A stretch of 64,000 nucleotides of DNA. Source: Patescibacteria group bacterium (GTDB taxonomy: Bacteria; Patescibacteriota; Microgenomatia; UBA1406; GWC2-37-13). Both the position numbers and the translations under genes were made by a program. The stretch is taken from the NCBI GenBank assembly GCA_025057905.1, contig JANWUX010000001.1:20155-84154 (forward strand), written 5' to 3'. Shown piece by piece: positions 62,645 to 64,000 of this stretch (within the stretch, counting starts at the first letter, position 1; each line of letters begins with the position of its first letter). Under the pieces are notes generated by a model. It was not told the DNA's origin and made no database searches. It saw only the letters and a program-made list of their open reading frames with translations.

Positions 62645-64000
62645 TGTTCTCTTCGGTACAGAAGAGCCAAATTTGTAACTGATTTTAGATTATCTCTCAA
62701 AAAAATAAAACTCTCCTCCTCAAATCTTTTTGAAAGAAAATCTTCGAAAAATTTATCAAAAAGATTAACAATTTCATTGTGACTCTCTTGATTTTTTGCC
62801 TCAATCGAACTTTTATGTTTATCAATCAATCTCAAGTTTCTCTTAAATAGATAAATCATCTTATAAAAACTGTTTGCCATATTGTAATTCATATTAGGAT
62901 TTCTGATATAGTCAGCTAACTTAAATATTTTATAAATAAAAGAACTGGAAATAGTCTCAGTTTTGCCGATAAGCTTTCCTAATTGATAAATCTTAAAAAA
63001 CACATCATAGGCCTCTGTTGAGAACAAAAAAGAAAACTTATTCTTACCCTGATTCTTTGCTTGCATCAATTTCTCCTCAACTTGGTCAACAATTAAATAA
63101 ACCGGGGTATCGGCTTTGGCAATTACCGCCCCTGAGGAAAAATGAAGGTACGGGTTTTTACAGACAAACTCATCAAACTCACCTTTCATCTCAAATAGAA
63201 AATTTAAAGCTTTGTCCCAAGCTCCCACCAAGAATAGATCATCGCCTCCTGAAAAAACAAGATAAAGAGATTCCTGATACTTCTTCTCTATCAGCAACGG
63301 CAAGTAGTTCTGGAAGAAAAGATTAATTCTTCGGGAGAAGTGAAGTTTGTCCGTAATCTTGGTGTATTTTCTATTTCTCTTGTCTTCAGTGAACTCTTTG
63401 GATTTTGCTTCCCTAAAAGAAAACCCTCTTTCAAGAATCGACGACATGTCATCAACATCAGCCTTTAAATACAAGAGAAGTTTGGCCCCAGATGACTTTT
63501 GAGCAATCTCTTCAAAAGAAAGATACCTTCCTTCTTGTTGAGGCTGATTTATCTTGTAGAAGATCGTCTTTGAGGGATAATTGAAGAAAAAAGGCTTTCC
63601 TTGAGTAAGTTGATCTCTCAGGTTTTCCAATGGTTTAAAGAAAAAATACCGATTACTTAGGCTACCGGATTCAGTTCTGCTAAAAAAAAGATTTAGATGA
63701 ACCTCATCAACGAAATTCTTAAAGTCGTCAATTAACTTCTCAGTGTCAAGTGAGAAATAATCTCCCCTTCTAATCTTTTGGGAAAGAGTGAGAATAAACA
63801 GACAGTCAGAGCAAACAGTTATCTCAAACTCGGGAATCACGTTTTTCTTACCGTAGACCTGGCAAATGTCGCACTGACCAAGTTCCTCAAGATTAATCTC
63901 CTTGGGAATCTGGTCATTGAGTTGGCTAATCTCAAAAAGAACCTGGCGATTTAGTGTTGGTCTTATTTTAAGCCTCTTGAAGTCGAAGAAATCGTCCTCA
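62641..64000 (-). CDS. cas10: Cas10/Csm1, C-terminal about 450 aa (gene continues beyond window end)
   Basis: The frame is open from 64000 (own translation: ...EELGQCDICQVYGKKNVIPEFEITVCSDC, a four-Cys Zn finger). The cyclase/Palm2 motif is VFSGGDDLFLVGAW. The track ORF start at 63840 is an internal GTG. Confidence 0.85.
   Translation of the reverse strand, partial: EDDFFDFKRLKIRPTLNRQVLFEISQLNDQIPKEINLEELGQCDICQVYGKKNVIPEFEITVCSDCLFILTLSQKIRRGDYFSLDTEKLIDDFKNFVDEVHLNLFFSRTESGSLSNRYFFFKPLENLRDQLTQGKPFFFNYPSKTIFYKINQPQQEGRYLSFEEIAQKSSGAKLLLYLKADVDDMSSILERGFSFREAKSKEFTEDKRNRKYTKITDKLHFSRRINLFFQNYLPLLIEKKYQESLYLVFSGGDDLFLVGAWDKALNFLFEMKGEFDEFVCKNPYLHFSSGAVIAKADTPVYLIVDQVEEKLMQAKNQGKNKFSFLFSTEAYDVFFKIYQLGKLIGKTETISSSFIYKIFKLADYIRNPNMNYNMANSFYKMIYLFKRNLRLIDKHKSSIEAKNQESHNEIVNLFDKFFEDFLSKRFEEESFIFLRDNLKSVTNLALLYRREQ

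Overview
AT-rich, very tightly packed bacterial sequence. It uses the standard genetic code, and many gene junctions overlap by 1-60 nt. Gene content (archaeal-type AMP phosphorylase, isopentenyl phosphate kinase, domain-trimmed MurE/SufD, 2-oxoacid:ferredoxin oxidoreductase) suggests a reduced-genome Patescibacteria/CPR-like organism. This placement is an inference, not a measurement.

Layout:
- 1-17.3 kb (minus strand): a complete division/cell-wall (dcw) cluster, mraZ-rsmH-ftsL-ftsI-murE-pgeF-murC-murB-murA-(GlmU-like)-yvcK-dgkA-mraY-murD-ftsW-murG-ftsQ-ftsA.
- 17.4-36 kb: housekeeping genes (murJ, AMP/thymidine phosphorylase, mltG, ftsK, pnp, rpsO, metG, PBP1A, dtd, trpS, rarA, uppS, IPK, RmlC-like, tRNA-Met), interrupted by a 1.3-kb ORF-free gap at 30.3-31.7 kb.
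- 36-43 kb: a glycan/envelope cluster (GT2, Wzy_C-like, GT-C, 2x GT4, FemAB).
- 43-54.4 kb (minus strand): lon, then one co-directional Fe-S block (broken Rrf2 regulator, sufCBD-like-SU, ferredoxin, 2-oxoacid:ferredoxin oxidoreductase), then tsaD.
- 54.4-64 kb (minus strand): a type III-A (Csm) CRISPR-Cas locus, cas10(partial)-csm2-csm3-csm5-csm4-csm6 | 21-repeat array | cas1-cas2-cas6.

Most notable observations:
- The CRISPR locus itself, with internal evidence of repeated acquisition against the same targets: two overlapping spacers, and two spacers that differ with a period of 3.
- An Rrf2 regulator disrupted by a frameshift plus an in-frame stop.
- A recurrent geometry in which a -10 box sits 8-9 nt before the ATG, consistent with leaderless transcripts, at six operon heads.
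- A CIRCE-like palindrome over the lon promoter.
- A 16-nt direct repeat over the mraZ promoter and start codon.
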